This document shows positions 8,423 through 17,746 of a stretch of DNA of 64,000 nt, in pieces. Source of the stretch: a virus (lineage: Duplodnaviria; Caudoviricetes); the IMG/VR virus record IMGVR_UViG_2857096214_000002, positions 408 to 64,407 of that record, one strand, 5' to 3'. Below the pieces are notes generated by a model. The model was given only the letters and a program-made list of their open reading frames with translations. It made no database searches and was not told where the DNA came from. The number at the start of each line of letters is the position of its first letter. Within the stretch, counting starts at the first letter, position 1. Made by a program: the position numbers and the translations under genes.

Positions 8423-9927
8423 CTACGAGGTGGTGCCGGTGACGGCCGGCGTCGACTGGGCGCCTTCGCCTACCGAGTTCACGGCGGAGACCGTGATGCT
8501 GTAGGCCGTGGCGGAGGTGTATCCGGTGAGGCTGGCTGTGGTGATGGGGGCGGTGATGGTGGCCTTGACGGTGGCGCCGTCGTAGACCTTGTAGGAGGTG
8601 ACCGGGGGATTGGCGCCGGCCGGTGCGGTCCAGTTGACGTCCATGCCGGTGGCGGTGACGTTCGTGACGGCCACGCCCGTGGGGGCGCCCGGGACAGCCG
8701 GGGTGGGCACGGTGCCGGTGAGTGCACTGGAGGCCGCGGAAACGCCGATGCTGTTGCCGGCGACGACCGTGAAGGAGTACGTCTGCGCGGCGGCGTACTG
8801 GAGGGTGACGTGCGGTGCGGTGCCGAGGGGGGCGTAGGCGGTGGCGACCTTGCGGGCGCCGTCGTACACCGCATACCACTCGGGAGCGCCGTGAGTGGAG
8901 TCCACCGTGGGCGGGGTGAGGGTGAGCTTGACCTGGCCGCCCACGATGGGGGTCGTGGTGAGGGTCGGGGCGCCCGGTGTGCCCGGGGCAACCGTGGTGG
9001 CCGGCAGGTGGCCGCGCAGCAGAGGCGAGAAGTCGCTGACGGCGGTGCCGTTGGAGTCCGTCCGTACGGCGCGCACCTTGAGGGCGAACGGCTGACGCGG
9101 GGTGGCGTAGTTGGGGGTGGTGAAGGTGACGGTCTTGGTGCTGGCGCTGGGCTGGTTGACCTCGCCGATCTTGACGTCGTGGCTATTGAGGCCAATCCGG
9201 CTGGGGTCCATGCCATCGGTCGTGGAGGCCGTGGAGTTGTCGTAGATCTCGTACTTGGTGACGTTCGGGATCTTCGTCCAGCGAAGCTGGATTCCTGCGC
9301 CGGTGCCAGAGGTGATCAGCGGCAGGGGGGCCGCGAAATCGACGTCGTTCGGGGGCTTGGGGGCAGGGTGAGGTGGAGCTGGTCGTAGCCGAGCGCGGGG
9401 GTATGCACGGTGATCGGGTCGGAGTCCGGGCCGTAGCCGAACTCCTGGTTGTGGGCGGCGATGGTGATCGTGTAGTCGGTGTCGGGCGCGATGGCCGTCC
9501 AGACCGGGTTGTCGGGGTCGGTGCGGTCCCAGAAGCCGGTGAGGGTGGCGGACGTCTCGCCGCCGGGGTGGTGGACGTCGCCGCCGTTGACGGTGATCTT
9601 GTGGCCGGTGACGCCGACGGACTGAAGGCCGGCCACGCCCATGTAGTAGGAGTCGGCGAGGTCGGCGTTCTGCTCACCGACGTTCGAGCGCCAGAACAGC
9701 AAGATCTTGTAGGGCTCGGCGACGCCGTGGGAGTGCGGGTTGCCCTGCGGGTCGAGGTACCACAGCGGCTTCGGGGGGACGGTCTGATCACCGTAGCCGG
9801 AGGGGCGGGCGCTGACGCGCTGGTCCGCGGTGAGCGGGGGGTTGACCAGACCGACCGGGCTGCCGGGTTCGGCCGTCAGGGCGGTGGTCGTGTTGAGGTT
9901 CCATTGTTCGTTAGCCATCGGCGGCAT
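8423..9927 (-). CDS. multi-fibronectin-type-III protein, frameshifted at 9359-9363
   Basis: ORFs 9316-9927 and 8423-9211 join into one ~501-aa Fn3-repeat protein if the C5 run were C6; repeated P.APT...W...Y.V...Y...V.A.N..G motifs. Confidence 0.7.
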
Positions 9928-10087
9928 CGCTTTCCGGTGGGGCCTTCAGGGGCGAGGGTGTGTCGAGGGGGCGGACGACCGGCGGGGGGTCTTCGGGTAC
10001 GAACCGGGCGATGAGCCGGAAGAGGAGCAGCCCCAGGACGCTGATGAGCATCGAGACGAGCTGCGCCGCGACGGAATTGAGGGTCAT
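9911..10087 (-). CDS. small membrane protein
   Basis: Single TM segment; GAGGGAG SD. Confidence 0.55.
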   Translation of the reverse strand: MTLNSVAAQLVSMLISVLGLLLFRLIARFVPEDPPPVVRPLDTPSPLKAPPESDAADG

Positions 10088-10485
10088 GGCTGCTCCCTCT
10101 TGTGCCGAAGCCAAGCGGAGAAAGCCACCACCGAAATACCCGCGATGGCCGTGGCGTTCGAGAGCTGCATCCCTACGCTGACGGGTGAGTTCATGAGCGA
10201 GACCGCGACGAATGCGAGCAGGTAGGAGCCGATGGCGCCCATGAATTTCAGGCTGGATGACTTCAACGAGTGCACCAGCGCGATGAGTCCGAGAATTACA
10301 CCGATCGTGCAGTAGCCGAAGGCAATCCAGTAGGTGGCGGTGAATTGCTCGGCGTGCACGACCGAGAAGGGCGTGTTGCCCAGCGCCTGCCGGAATGCTG
10401 TCGCCACCGTGAAGATGCTGAGGCCGGCGCCGAGGATCTTCTTCGTGACGGCCGGCGGATAAATGAGTACGTATCCGTGCTTCAC
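10084..10485 (-). CDS. membrane protein (about 4 TM)
   Basis: Four hydrophobic segments. Confidence 0.6.
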   Translation of the reverse strand: MKHGYVLIYPPAVTKKILGAGLSIFTVATAFRQALGNTPFSVVHAEQFTATYWIAFGYCTIGVILGLIALVHSLKSSSLKFMGAIGSYLLAFVAVSLMNSPVSVGMQLSNATAIAGISVVAFSAWLRHKREQP

Positions 10486-10486
10486 T

Positions 10487-10735
10487 TCACATCCCGAAGT
10501 AGAGGTGCGCCGGCGCGTTCGGCACGTAGCCCGGGGTGCGCGCTGCGACGCCGTCAGGACGGCGCTTGACGGGCGTTTCGTGCAGGCCGTAGTAGAGGTC
10601 GTTCCAGTCCTGGCGGACGCCGTACGTGGTCGGCTCGACCACGCCGCCGCGGTCGCGGTTGATCTTCTTGTAGGTCTGGTCCGTCAGGCCCTCGTCGAGT
10701 TCGGCCGCGAGGGAACGGCTGGGTGCATAGCTCAT
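10487..10735 (-). CDS. hypothetical protein
   Basis: GAAGGAG SD; tightly packed with neighbours. Confidence 0.6.
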   Translation of the reverse strand: MSYAPSRSLAAELDEGLTDQTYKKINRDRGGVVEPTTYGVRQDWNDLYYGLHETPVKRRPDGVAARTPGYVPNAPAHLYFGM

Positions 10736-10842
10736 GTGGGCGGGCTCTCCTTCCGGTTCTCACGGCGCTTGGCGCGGGCCGCTTCGTACTTGGCCTTCAG
10801 CCGCTGGAATAGGGTCACGAAATAGCTGGAGAGGGCTCGCAT
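10732..10842 (-). CDS. 36-aa basic peptide (not in ORF track)
   Basis: MRALSSYFVTLFQRLKAKYEAARAKRRENRKESPPT; fills the gap exactly, ATGA overlap with next gene. Confidence 0.45.
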   Translation of the reverse strand: MRALSSYFVTLFQRLKAKYEAARAKRRENRKESPPT

Positions 10843-10844
10843 GC

Positions 10845-11096
10845 TCACTTCTCGACACCCAGCTTCCTCACGGCCGGGGCCGCCCGCTTCTTCGATCCGC
10901 CGGCCGGCACGCCACGGCTCATGGTGGTTCCTGCCGATGCGCCGGCGTCGAACTCCGACTTGGTGGACGGGGCCTTGGGCGCGTACCGGGCGGCGGTGCG
11001 CTGGTCGAGTTGATTGGCCTTGGCGCTGACGACACGGCTGGAATTGTCACCACGGCCGTGCCGACGACGGTCGGAGAGGCTGGTGGCCTTGGGCAT
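10845..11096 (-). CDS. small basic protein
   Basis: K/R-rich 83 aa, packed in operon. Confidence 0.55.
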   Translation of the reverse strand: MPKATSLSDRRRHGRGDNSSRVVSAKANQLDQRTAARYAPKAPSTKSEFDAGASAGTTMSRGVPAGGSKKRAAPAVRKLGVEK

Positions 11097-11097
11097 G

Positions 11098-11400
11098 TCA
11101 GATCACTCCCAGTGCGGGGAAAGAGGTCGCGGAGTACCCGGACTGGCGCTGCGAGAAGTCGACTCGGCTTCCGGGGTAGACGTCGTCGAGGCGGGCGATA
11201 TCGCTGATGCCGAGTACGTGCTGTACGTATCCGAACCGGGGCGGCGTGCGGCCGATATTCGGGATCGGCGGCTTCATGCGGCGCGCGGCGTCCGCGGGGA
11301 TGTCCGTCCATTCGCTCAGCGCGTCGGTGACCTGCTGCTCCCGGGCACTGGACCAGGGACGACGAACGTAGAGGGAGTCCTGCTGCAACACGCCGATCAC
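11098..11400 (-). CDS. hypothetical protein
   Basis: Coupled GTGA overlap, GGAGG SD. Confidence 0.6.
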   Translation of the reverse strand: MIGVLQQDSLYVRRPWSSAREQQVTDALSEWTDIPADAARRMKPPIPNIGRTPPRFGYVQHVLGISDIARLDDVYPGSRVDFSQRQSGYSATSFPALGVI

Positions 11401-11966
11401 CTCCAGGCCGGCCGGAAACGCATGAGCTGCGCGCGGCGCTGCGCATTCACGGCCGTATAGGAGGGGGTGATTTCCTGCTCGTAGACGCGCATGGCGGTGG
11501 CGAAGCGTGCCGAGGTCGCCACGAGCGTTTCGGACTTGCCGTCATTGACCAGCGGACTGCCGATCATGGAGCCCTTTTGGGTCCACTTCTCGCCGCGGGC
11601 CTGGGCCTGGAGGGCGGCAGCCGGGTGGACGTCCTCGGTCCAGTAGTAATCGGCCGGGTCGATCCTCTCCCCTTTGTGCACGCCGCGCTGGTAGCTCTTC
11701 TGGGTGGCGCGGTTGCCGATGTTGTTCAGGAGTCGGTCCTGGCGACGGGTACCGGCGCCGATGGTGCCGAGGTAGCCGTCGGGGTATTCGGCGCTGGGCA
11801 CGTGGCCGGTGTCCATCATCCGGCGTGCGTCGAGAATGTCGCGGGCCCCGGACAGCAGGAATCCGCCCGAGCCTCCGGCATAGGTCACCGCCCCGCCCAC
11901 CGGTGCCTGGTAGGGCGGGTTGTACATGAAGTTGGCGTTGGCGCCTGCGCCGTTGGGGTAGCTCAT
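11397..11966 (-). CDS. conserved phage hypothetical protein
   Basis: PSAEYPDGYLGTI and YQRGVHKGERIDP blocks; ATGA coupling. Confidence 0.65.
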   Translation of the reverse strand: MSYPNGAGANANFMYNPPYQAPVGGAVTYAGGSGGFLLSGARDILDARRMMDTGHVPSAEYPDGYLGTIGAGTRRQDRLLNNIGNRATQKSYQRGVHKGERIDPADYYWTEDVHPAAALQAQARGEKWTQKGSMIGSPLVNDGKSETLVATSARFATAMRVYEQEITPSYTAVNAQRRAQLMRFRPAWR

Positions 11967-12766
11967 GACTTCATCCACCCCTGGTTCGACCGGTAGAGCG
12001 GGTTTCCGGAGCGCTTGGGGTCGGTAGCGGGCTTGTTGATGGACTGGAGGGCCTTGGCGGCGACGAAGATGCCGGCACCGGCGTAGCGGCCAGCCTTTGC
12101 GAGCTTCGGGGATACGGCGAGCGACGATCCGGGGGTAGAGGGCGGTGTGCTCGGTCGTGGAGGTGCGGTCGGCCGGGGCGGGACGGCACTCGTTGCGGGG
12201 GGCGGAGCGGAACTCGGTGCCGGCGGTGGCGAGGGCAGACGATGTCCTCCGAGCCCTCCGGCCCGGGTGGCGGCGCTGACGGTGAAGACGTGGGGCGTGC
12301 GGGTGTAGGTGCGCCCGGCGGGAGGCGTTGGCGTTGGCGTAGATGTGGGCCAGTGCGTGGGGTTGGGTCCCGCGGCAGAGGGCGAGCTGGGTGAGCTGGG
12401 TGTGGGCCCGAGGCCGAAGAGCTGGGGCTGGGTCCAGCCGGGCCCGGATGTCGCAGACGATGACGGAGCGGGCGGCGCGGGGGGCTGTGCGGGTGGGGTG
12501 ACCCGCTGGCTGGCCATGGCGGGGTTGCTCATGCCGGGAAGGGCATGCTGGGCCCTGCGGAACTGGTCCGCGTTGAACGTCGGCTGGGGTGGCCCTTGGA
12601 GTTCGGATGCCTGGAAGAGGGTGCCCTGGTGGCCGGAGGAGGCTGCGGGGCGCTGCGGGGTCGGCTCGGGCTGGGCAGGTGCGGGCGTCACCCGGTAGCG
12701 GCGCATGGCCTGGTCGCCGAAGCCGCGGAAGGCGGGCTGGGTGAACTGGTCCGGGTTGAAGTCCAT
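11963..12766 (-). CDS. Pro-rich low-complexity protein
   Basis: GGGAGG SD; internal repeat FNPDQF/FNADQF. Confidence 0.55.
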   Translation of the reverse strand: MDFNPDQFTQPAFRGFGDQAMRRYRVTPAPAQPEPTPQRPAASSGHQGTLFQASELQGPPQPTFNADQFRRAQHALPGMSNPAMASQRVTPPAQPPAPPAPSSSATSGPGWTQPQLFGLGPTPSSPSSPSAAGPNPTHWPTSTPTPTPPAGRTYTRTPHVFTVSAATRAGGLGGHRLPSPPPAPSSAPPPATSAVPPRPTAPPRPSTPPSTPGSSLAVSPKLAKAGRYAGAGIFVAAKALQSINKPATDPKRSGNPLYRSNQGWMKS

Positions 12767-12767
12767 G

Positions 12768-12959
12768 TCACCTCCCAGAGGTCATGCCGTGCTGGAATTC
12801 GCTGATGGCGGCGGCACGCGAGGTGCCTGTGTCGGTGCTGAAGCCGGTGTCGGGTGCGGTGGGCGGCGGGGCCGGGGCCAGAGAGCCACGGTCAGCGGTG
12901 CCGGTGGTGGCTACCGAGCTGGGTGCGGGCGGGCTGGGCGAGGTGGCGGCGGTGCTCAC
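12768..12959 (-). CDS. small hypothetical protein
   Basis: GTG overlaps the upstream TGA; fills the gap. Confidence 0.35.
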   Translation of the reverse strand: MSTAATSPSPPAPSSVATTGTADRGSLAPAPPPTAPDTGFSTDTGTSRAAAISEFQHGMTSGR

Positions 12960-13204
12960 GAGTGCAGCCATCCCGACTGGTCGCCCGCAGGGGCCGGCTG
13001 GGGGCTGCCCTGGTTGGACCGGCCGGCCGAGACCACGTGGGCTCCGGCGTTGGCGAACTGTGCGGCCGACAGCAGGCGACTGCCGGACGTGGCGCCGGTC
13101 GTTCCGGCGCTGATGGCGCCACTTTCCGCGGCCGAGGTGACTGCCGTGCGGGCTACGGTGCCGACCCCGATCCGGGCGGCGATGCCCGCGAGGAGAGGCC
13201 ACAT
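12956..13204 (-). CDS. small Ala/Gly-rich protein
   Basis: Hydrophobic N-terminus, AAAGGG SD. Confidence 0.5.
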   Translation of the reverse strand: MWPLLAGIAARIGVGTVARTAVTSAAESGAISAGTTGATSGSRLLSAAQFANAGAHVVSAGRSNQGSPQPAPAGDQSGWLHS

Positions 13205-13207
13205 GGC

Positions 13208-13576
13208 TCAGCCCTTTCGTCCTGTTGCCTCACCGGCGCGGAACTGGTCCTGGCTGCCGAAAGCACTCGCGACCGGGCGGCGGCCGGTGGTGGCGCAGCA
13301 GGCGCAGCCGGGTCCGTGCAGGGAGCGCTTGACTTGGACCACACCGGCCGGGCCGTAGGTCTCGGCGGCCGAGGTCTGGCGATGGGATCGGTGGGTGTTG
13401 CGGCCGTAGTTGCCGCCGCCGCTCTTGGAGATGCCCTGGCGGCTGGCGCTCTGGCCGCCCTCGGGGCGCACCCACGTCACGCGGTGCAGCTCGTCGCCCA
13501 TGGTGGGGAACTGACCCGTGCTGACCGGGCCGCCCGTGCTCGTCTTGCCCCGGTTGGGGGGAGTCCAATGCGTCAT
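13208..13576 (-). CDS. hypothetical protein
   Basis: GGAGGA SD; HGPGCACC motif. Confidence 0.5.
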   Translation of the reverse strand: MTHWTPPNRGKTSTGGPVSTGQFPTMGDELHRVTWVRPEGGQSASRQGISKSGGGNYGRNTHRSHRQTSAAETYGPAGVVQVKRSLHGPGCACCATTGRRPVASAFGSQDQFRAGEATGRKG

Positions 13577-13693
13577 GTCTTCCTCCGCGCGGCTGGTTGG
13601 CCCTCGGGAGTCAGAACATGATCAGTGTGTGAGTCAGCAGCAGAATGGGGCCTTGTGGGGCGAGTTTAGGTCTCGTTATTTTCTGCCGGTATT

Positions 13694-13978
13694 TCAGGTG
13701 CCCATGACGCGGATCGCGATGCCGAGGATCTCACCTTCCGGAGTTTTGCTGCGGAAAAATGTGATCTCTTCGAGGAGCTTCGTTCCGAAGGAGGAGACGA
13801 ACGACTGGGCGATGGGGATTGCCTTGACCGCCTGGTTGATGGCGCCGGCGCCGACGGCCTTGAGGATGACCTGGTTGCCGGACTTGATGGCGTGAGCGAT
13901 GGCGGAGCCGAGTTCAGGGGGCGGAGTGACGCTCTTGACGCGGAACTCCTTCTCCTTCACGGCGGGCTGAGTCTGCAC
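13694..13978 (-). CDS. spoVS: SpoVS-family (Alba-like) nucleic-acid-binding protein
   Basis: FRVKS..PP.LGSAIAHAI...VILKAVGAGAINQAVKAIPIAQSFV matches the SpoVS signature AIGAGAVNQAVKAIAIA. Confidence 0.85.
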   Translation of the reverse strand: MQTQPAVKEKEFRVKSVTPPPELGSAIAHAIKSGNQVILKAVGAGAINQAVKAIPIAQSFVSSFGTKLLEEITFFRSKTPEGEILGIAIRVMGT

Positions 13979-13984
13979 GACAAT

Positions 13985-14021
13985 TACGCTCCCTGCATTT
14001 TGAGCTGATGCAGGGAGCGTA
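13985..14021. promoter_or_regulatory. 14-bp perfect inverted repeat covering the spoVS ribosome-binding site
   Basis: TACGCTCCCTGCAT-N9-ATGCAGGGAGCGTA. Confidence 0.6.
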
Positions 14022-14042
14022 TGGCGGAGGAATTACCGCGTG

Positions 14043-14603
14043 TTATGCGGGGGCCGGACGCTTGCGGATGGTGTCCAAGACCTCCCGCTGGAACTTCAGC
14101 TCGGGCGGCTCAGGGGTGGCCAGGGCGTCGGCGATGCGAGCGAGTACGTACGCATCGGCCGCATCGTTGTTGTCCGGCTCGAACCCCCAGCGCATGTACA
14201 CGGACATCATGATCTTGTCCTTGTCCGCGCGGCCGGAGCCGGTGACGTACTTCTTGACCGTGGCCGGGGCGACCGCGTGGATGCGGCGTTCGATGTGGTT
14301 GGGGAAGACCTGGGCGAGCGCGAACTTCGTGGCGGCGCCCAGTTCGCCCAGCTCCTCGCGCCGGAATTTCGCGCCGTAGGCGTAGCCCTCGTAGCAGATG
14401 TGGGTGACCTGGCCGAGCTGGTTGATCATCCGGAAGTGCGGGGTGAGGGCGGCGGTGACGTACAGCAGCCGGGTGATGCCGGTGCCGGCCACCTTCGGGG
14501 AGAAGTCGAAGACGGCCTGCTCCGCGGTGTCGGTGGTGGCGTTGTAGTAGACGATGGCGCAACCGCTGTAGGACTGGTCGATCCCGATGGAGATGCGCGG
14601 CAT
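14043..14603 (-). CDS. RuvC-like Holliday junction resolvase
   Basis: IGIDQS, ICYEGY, P.TVKKYVTGSGRADK, DNNDAADA. Confidence 0.85.
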   Translation of the reverse strand: MPRISIGIDQSYSGCAIVYYNATTDTAEQAVFDFSPKVAGTGITRLLYVTAALTPHFRMINQLGQVTHICYEGYAYGAKFRREELGELGAATKFALAQVFPNHIERRIHAVAPATVKKYVTGSGRADKDKIMMSVYMRWGFEPDNNDAADAYVLARIADALATPEPPELKFQREVLDTIRKRPAPA

Positions 14604-14604
14604 G

Positions 14605-15072
14605 TCACACCCCCCACTTGCTGTAGCGGGTGTCGGATTGGCTGTTTTGCCGACGGGAGAGGTCGCGGGAGCAGAACTGCGCGCGGGCCTCAGCGTTCTT
14701 ATGGACCATCTCCAGGCCCTCGGCCAGGGCGACGGCGTCCAGGTGGCGCCGCTCGTCTTCCTGGACCTGGGTGTCGGCCGCGGCGGCGGCCTTGCGGCCC
14801 GAGACGGTCTTCTCCGTGCTGGCGGCGAGAGCGGCTCGGGCGGTGGAGTAGTCCAGGTTCTGCTTCGCGGCGCGGACGTTGACGCGGGCTTCCACCAGGC
14901 GCATGGCCGCGTACGCGGTCCACGAAACGTATTCGCCGTACAGGCCCATGAGTTGGCGGTCGTCGAGGGAGGTGATGTCGGCCGGGAGGGGCGGCATGTA
15001 GCCGTCCGGCTTCTCCTCCTTCTCGAAGCCGAGCTTTTCCAGCTTTTCCCACAGGTCGTCGGCAGCACTCAC
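14605..15072 (-). CDS. coiled-coil hypothetical protein (recombination module)
   Basis: GTGA coupling, helical composition. Confidence 0.6.
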   Translation of the reverse strand: MSAADDLWEKLEKLGFEKEEKPDGYMPPLPADITSLDDRQLMGLYGEYVSWTAYAAMRLVEARVNVRAAKQNLDYSTARAALAASTEKTVSGRKAAAAADTQVQEDERRHLDAVALAEGLEMVHKNAEARAQFCSRDLSRRQNSQSDTRYSKWGV

Positions 15073-15977
15073 TTGTCGTCCTCCTTGAATTCCAGGCATG
15101 AGGCGCAGCCGGCACGGCCGTTGAGGTTGCAGAACGGAGGGGTGTCGGTCTGGAGGCAGTCGACGATTGCTGTGGCGGCTTCGATGAGCGGCTCGGAGAA
15201 ACTCTCGTCGTAGGCGACGGTGAACGACTTCGTTTCCTGCGTCGGCTTGAAGTCGTAGAAGAAGATCGTCCGCTCGGCCGGCAGATCCTCGAAATGATTG
15301 GCGATGTACATGTAGAGCTGCACCTGCCGGACTGCTGCGGGCAGCGGTCGGCGAAAGTCCCGCCACAGGCGGGTCATGTCCGGCAGCCGGCCGTGGTCGG
15401 TCTCGACGATGTAGCGCTCCAGGAACTCCGGGCGCTCGTATCGCAGCGAGCCCAGGCCGAGGGTCTTGATCTCGATGAGGGCCGAGTCCTGGGGACTGAA
15501 CCCGTCGGCCTTTCCGCCGATAAGCAACGGGTGGGCGTTGAGGGGGACTTCGGCGTACTCGATGCAGGAGGTCGGGGCCGAGCAGTATTCGCACGCTTCC
15601 GGGGTCTCTTCGGCCCAGAAGTAGCCGTCGCAGAACAGGCAGTGCCAGTCGCCGGCCAGGCGGCCCATCTCGGTGAGCCAGCGCTGCCATTTGCTGTGGG
15701 TGCGGTGCCCTTCCTCGAAAATGTTCTCCCGCGTGAAAGTCGTCTTACTCTTTTCGGCGGGCTCGACTTCCAGGCGGAGCCGGTGGAAAGCGGCCAGGTG
15801 GCACCAGTCGGACTTCACCATCTCGCTGGGGTGGAGGACGTCCTGTCGGCGACCCGAGGGCCGGGCGGCCTTTTCCAGGACATGCTTTTGCACGTCCCCG
15901 AAAAGAGGCTCGGCGATCTTGGTGGCGTTGAGGTATTCGGTGAGGCCGGGGCCGCCCTTTACGACGCGTGGGGCCAC
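15069..15977 (-). CDS. Cas4-like PD-(D/E)XK exonuclease
   Basis: LHPSE...C, G...H, GKADG...IEIKT, Q.QLYM, C-terminal C..GCASC. Confidence 0.85.
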   Translation of the reverse strand: MAPRVVKGGPGLTEYLNATKIAEPLFGDVQKHVLEKAARPSGRRQDVLHPSEMVKSDWCHLAAFHRLRLEVEPAEKSKTTFTRENIFEEGHRTHSKWQRWLTEMGRLAGDWHCLFCDGYFWAEETPEACEYCSAPTSCIEYAEVPLNAHPLLIGGKADGFSPQDSALIEIKTLGLGSLRYERPEFLERYIVETDHGRLPDMTRLWRDFRRPLPAAVRQVQLYMYIANHFEDLPAERTIFFYDFKPTQETKSFTVAYDESFSEPLIEAATAIVDCLQTDTPPFCNLNGRAGCASCLEFKEDDK

Positions 15978-16324
15978 TGATTCTCCTGAGTTTCTGAGGT
16001 GACTTCGTCGCTGGGCGGATGCCATGTCCAGCGCTCGGGCATGGCCGGGTAGCGCATGCGCAGTGCCAATCGGTCTTCGGGGGTCATCCCGCCCCACACG
16101 CCGTAGTTCTCCCGGTTGAGCATGGCGACGTAGAGGCATTCGGCGCGGCGGGGGCAAATGAGGCCGTCCCAGGTGCCGTTGCACACGTCGAGGGCGAAGC
16201 TCTCGTCAGAGAAAAAGATGTCCCGCTTCCGGGTCGGGGTGAGGGAGTCTTCGCGGCATTTGGCTTCGCCGCGGTGGTGCTTGGGTGACCAGTCGGGGGC
16301 GTTGACGACGGCGCGGATTCCCAT
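15959..16324 (-). CDS. WhiB-family Fe-S transcription factor
   Basis: AKC...IFF...VC-x8-CPRRAECL..A.....YGVWGGMT..DR. Confidence 0.9.
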   Translation of the reverse strand: MGIRAVVNAPDWSPKHHRGEAKCREDSLTPTRKRDIFFSDESFALDVCNGTWDGLICPRRAECLYVAMLNRENYGVWGGMTPEDRLALRMRYPAMPERWTWHPPSDEVTSETQENQWPHAS

Positions 16325-16641
16325 CAGATGTCCGCCTCCAGTTCCAGGAACCGCAGGAAGTTCTCCTCGGAGATCACCACCCAGTTCCGGCCGTGCAGTT
16401 CGACCACGAACGCCATCTGCCGCATGTCCAGGAGGGCGTTCTTCTCGGCGTTGACCAGCGCGGCATGGGTGATGGTGAATTGGCTGCTGGCAGTGGTTTT
16501 GCACTCGATGGACCACTTGGTGTTACGGACGTCGTTTTTGACCGCCCACCCGTTGCCGGAACCTGCGGTGGTGGTGCCGCCGACCTTGCGGGCGAGACGT
16601 TTTTCCTGAGCGCGGGAGGCTTTGATGCGGCGGTCCATCAC
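16324..16641 (-). CDS. PD-(D/E)XK nuclease, Hjc-like resolvase
   Basis: QEKRLA...GSG...KNDV...IECKTT. Confidence 0.7.
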   Translation of the reverse strand: MMDRRIKASRAQEKRLARKVGGTTTAGSGNGWAVKNDVRNTKWSIECKTTASSQFTITHAALVNAEKNALLDMRQMAFVVELHGRNWVVISEENFLRFLELEADI

Positions 16642-17684
16642 GCCGCACCGGGCTGCACCAGGGCCAGGACGTCCGCGCTGAGCTGCTCCTGGAGGTCGAC
16701 GTCCTCAAGGAAGGCGGAGCGCAGTTTCTTCTCGCCGTGCCACTGCTGGCCGCCGTACTTGTACCAGGAGCCGTCCAGCGTGATCAGGCCCCAGTAGATG
16801 CCCATGGTGATCATTTCGGCGGCCACGTCGTAGTCGCCTTTGCGGATGCCGGTGGCGGAATCGGCGAAAAAGAAGCGGATGGATGCCACCTGCTGGGGCG
16901 CGGCGCTCTTGGACTTGATCGTCTTCATCTTGATGACCTGGCCGACGCGCATGCTGCCGCCGCCGGGTCGCTTCTCGTCGATCCATTCCGTGCGGGACGC
17001 CTCAAGTCGCGTGTAGTAGGCGTAGTTCTTCGCCTTCCCGCCCGGCGACGTCTTCGGGGTCATGCCGGCCGGGGACCATCCGCCGATCTGGTCGCGCCAC
17101 TGGTTGACGATCAGCGCCAGCAGGGGGCGTTCCTTTTCCACCAGGCTGCGGCGGGTGGCCGAGCCGACCTTGCGGAAGAACTTGCCCGTGACCCGGGCGC
17201 CGGCACTGATGGTGGCCTGGTCCATGTCCCGTTCGGCCTCGTCGTCGGCGACTAGGGCCGGATAGGAATCCAGCACCACCGCGTCGAACGCCCTAGATTC
17301 CGCGGCCTTCAGCATGGCGGTGTAGGCGTACTCCATGGCGTTCGTGGAGTAGACGGCCACGCGGTCGACATCCACGCCGAGGGTCGTGGCCCATTCGGTG
17401 TCGTAGTGCTCCGCGGCCACCCAGAACGTAGAGAATTCCGGGTCGCGTTGCTGGTTCGCTGCAATCGTCTTGTGGACGATCGTGGTCTTTCCCGAGCTTT
17501 CCGAACCGACGATCTCATTCCACTGGTTGGCCGGCCATCCCCCTCCCAGCATGACGTCGAGAGAGAGGGAGCCGGTCGTGAACCGTGAAACGGCGGGCAT
17601 CGTCGAGGCGACAATGACCGAGCCGGGGCCATGTTTCTTATTGATCTGCGCCATGACGACGCGGGCCTCATCACTGAGCGGCAT
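16638..17684 (-). CDS. recA: RecA-family recombinase
   Basis: TGSLSLDVMLGGG, GSESSGKTT Walker A, VVLDS, NQWRDQIG, PGGKA. Confidence 0.95.
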   Translation of the reverse strand: MPLSDEARVVMAQINKKHGPGSVIVASTMPAVSRFTTGSLSLDVMLGGGWPANQWNEIVGSESSGKTTIVHKTIAANQQRDPEFSTFWVAAEHYDTEWATTLGVDVDRVAVYSTNAMEYAYTAMLKAAESRAFDAVVLDSYPALVADDEAERDMDQATISAGARVTGKFFRKVGSATRRSLVEKERPLLALIVNQWRDQIGGWSPAGMTPKTSPGGKAKNYAYYTRLEASRTEWIDEKRPGGGSMRVGQVIKMKTIKSKSAAPQQVASIRFFFADSATGIRKGDYDVAAEMITMGIYWGLITLDGSWYKYGGQQWHGEKKLRSAFLEDVDLQEQLSADVLALVQPGAA

Positions 17685-17746
17685 ACGACGACCGTATGGA
17701 CCGAAAAAATCACCGCACAGGGCCAAATGGGTGGCCTATTTTTTAT

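Noticed and set aside
15069-15977. Cas4-like gene as a sign of CRISPR-Cas
   Set aside because: No repeat-spacer array or other cas genes seen; it sits in a RecA/resolvase recombination module.
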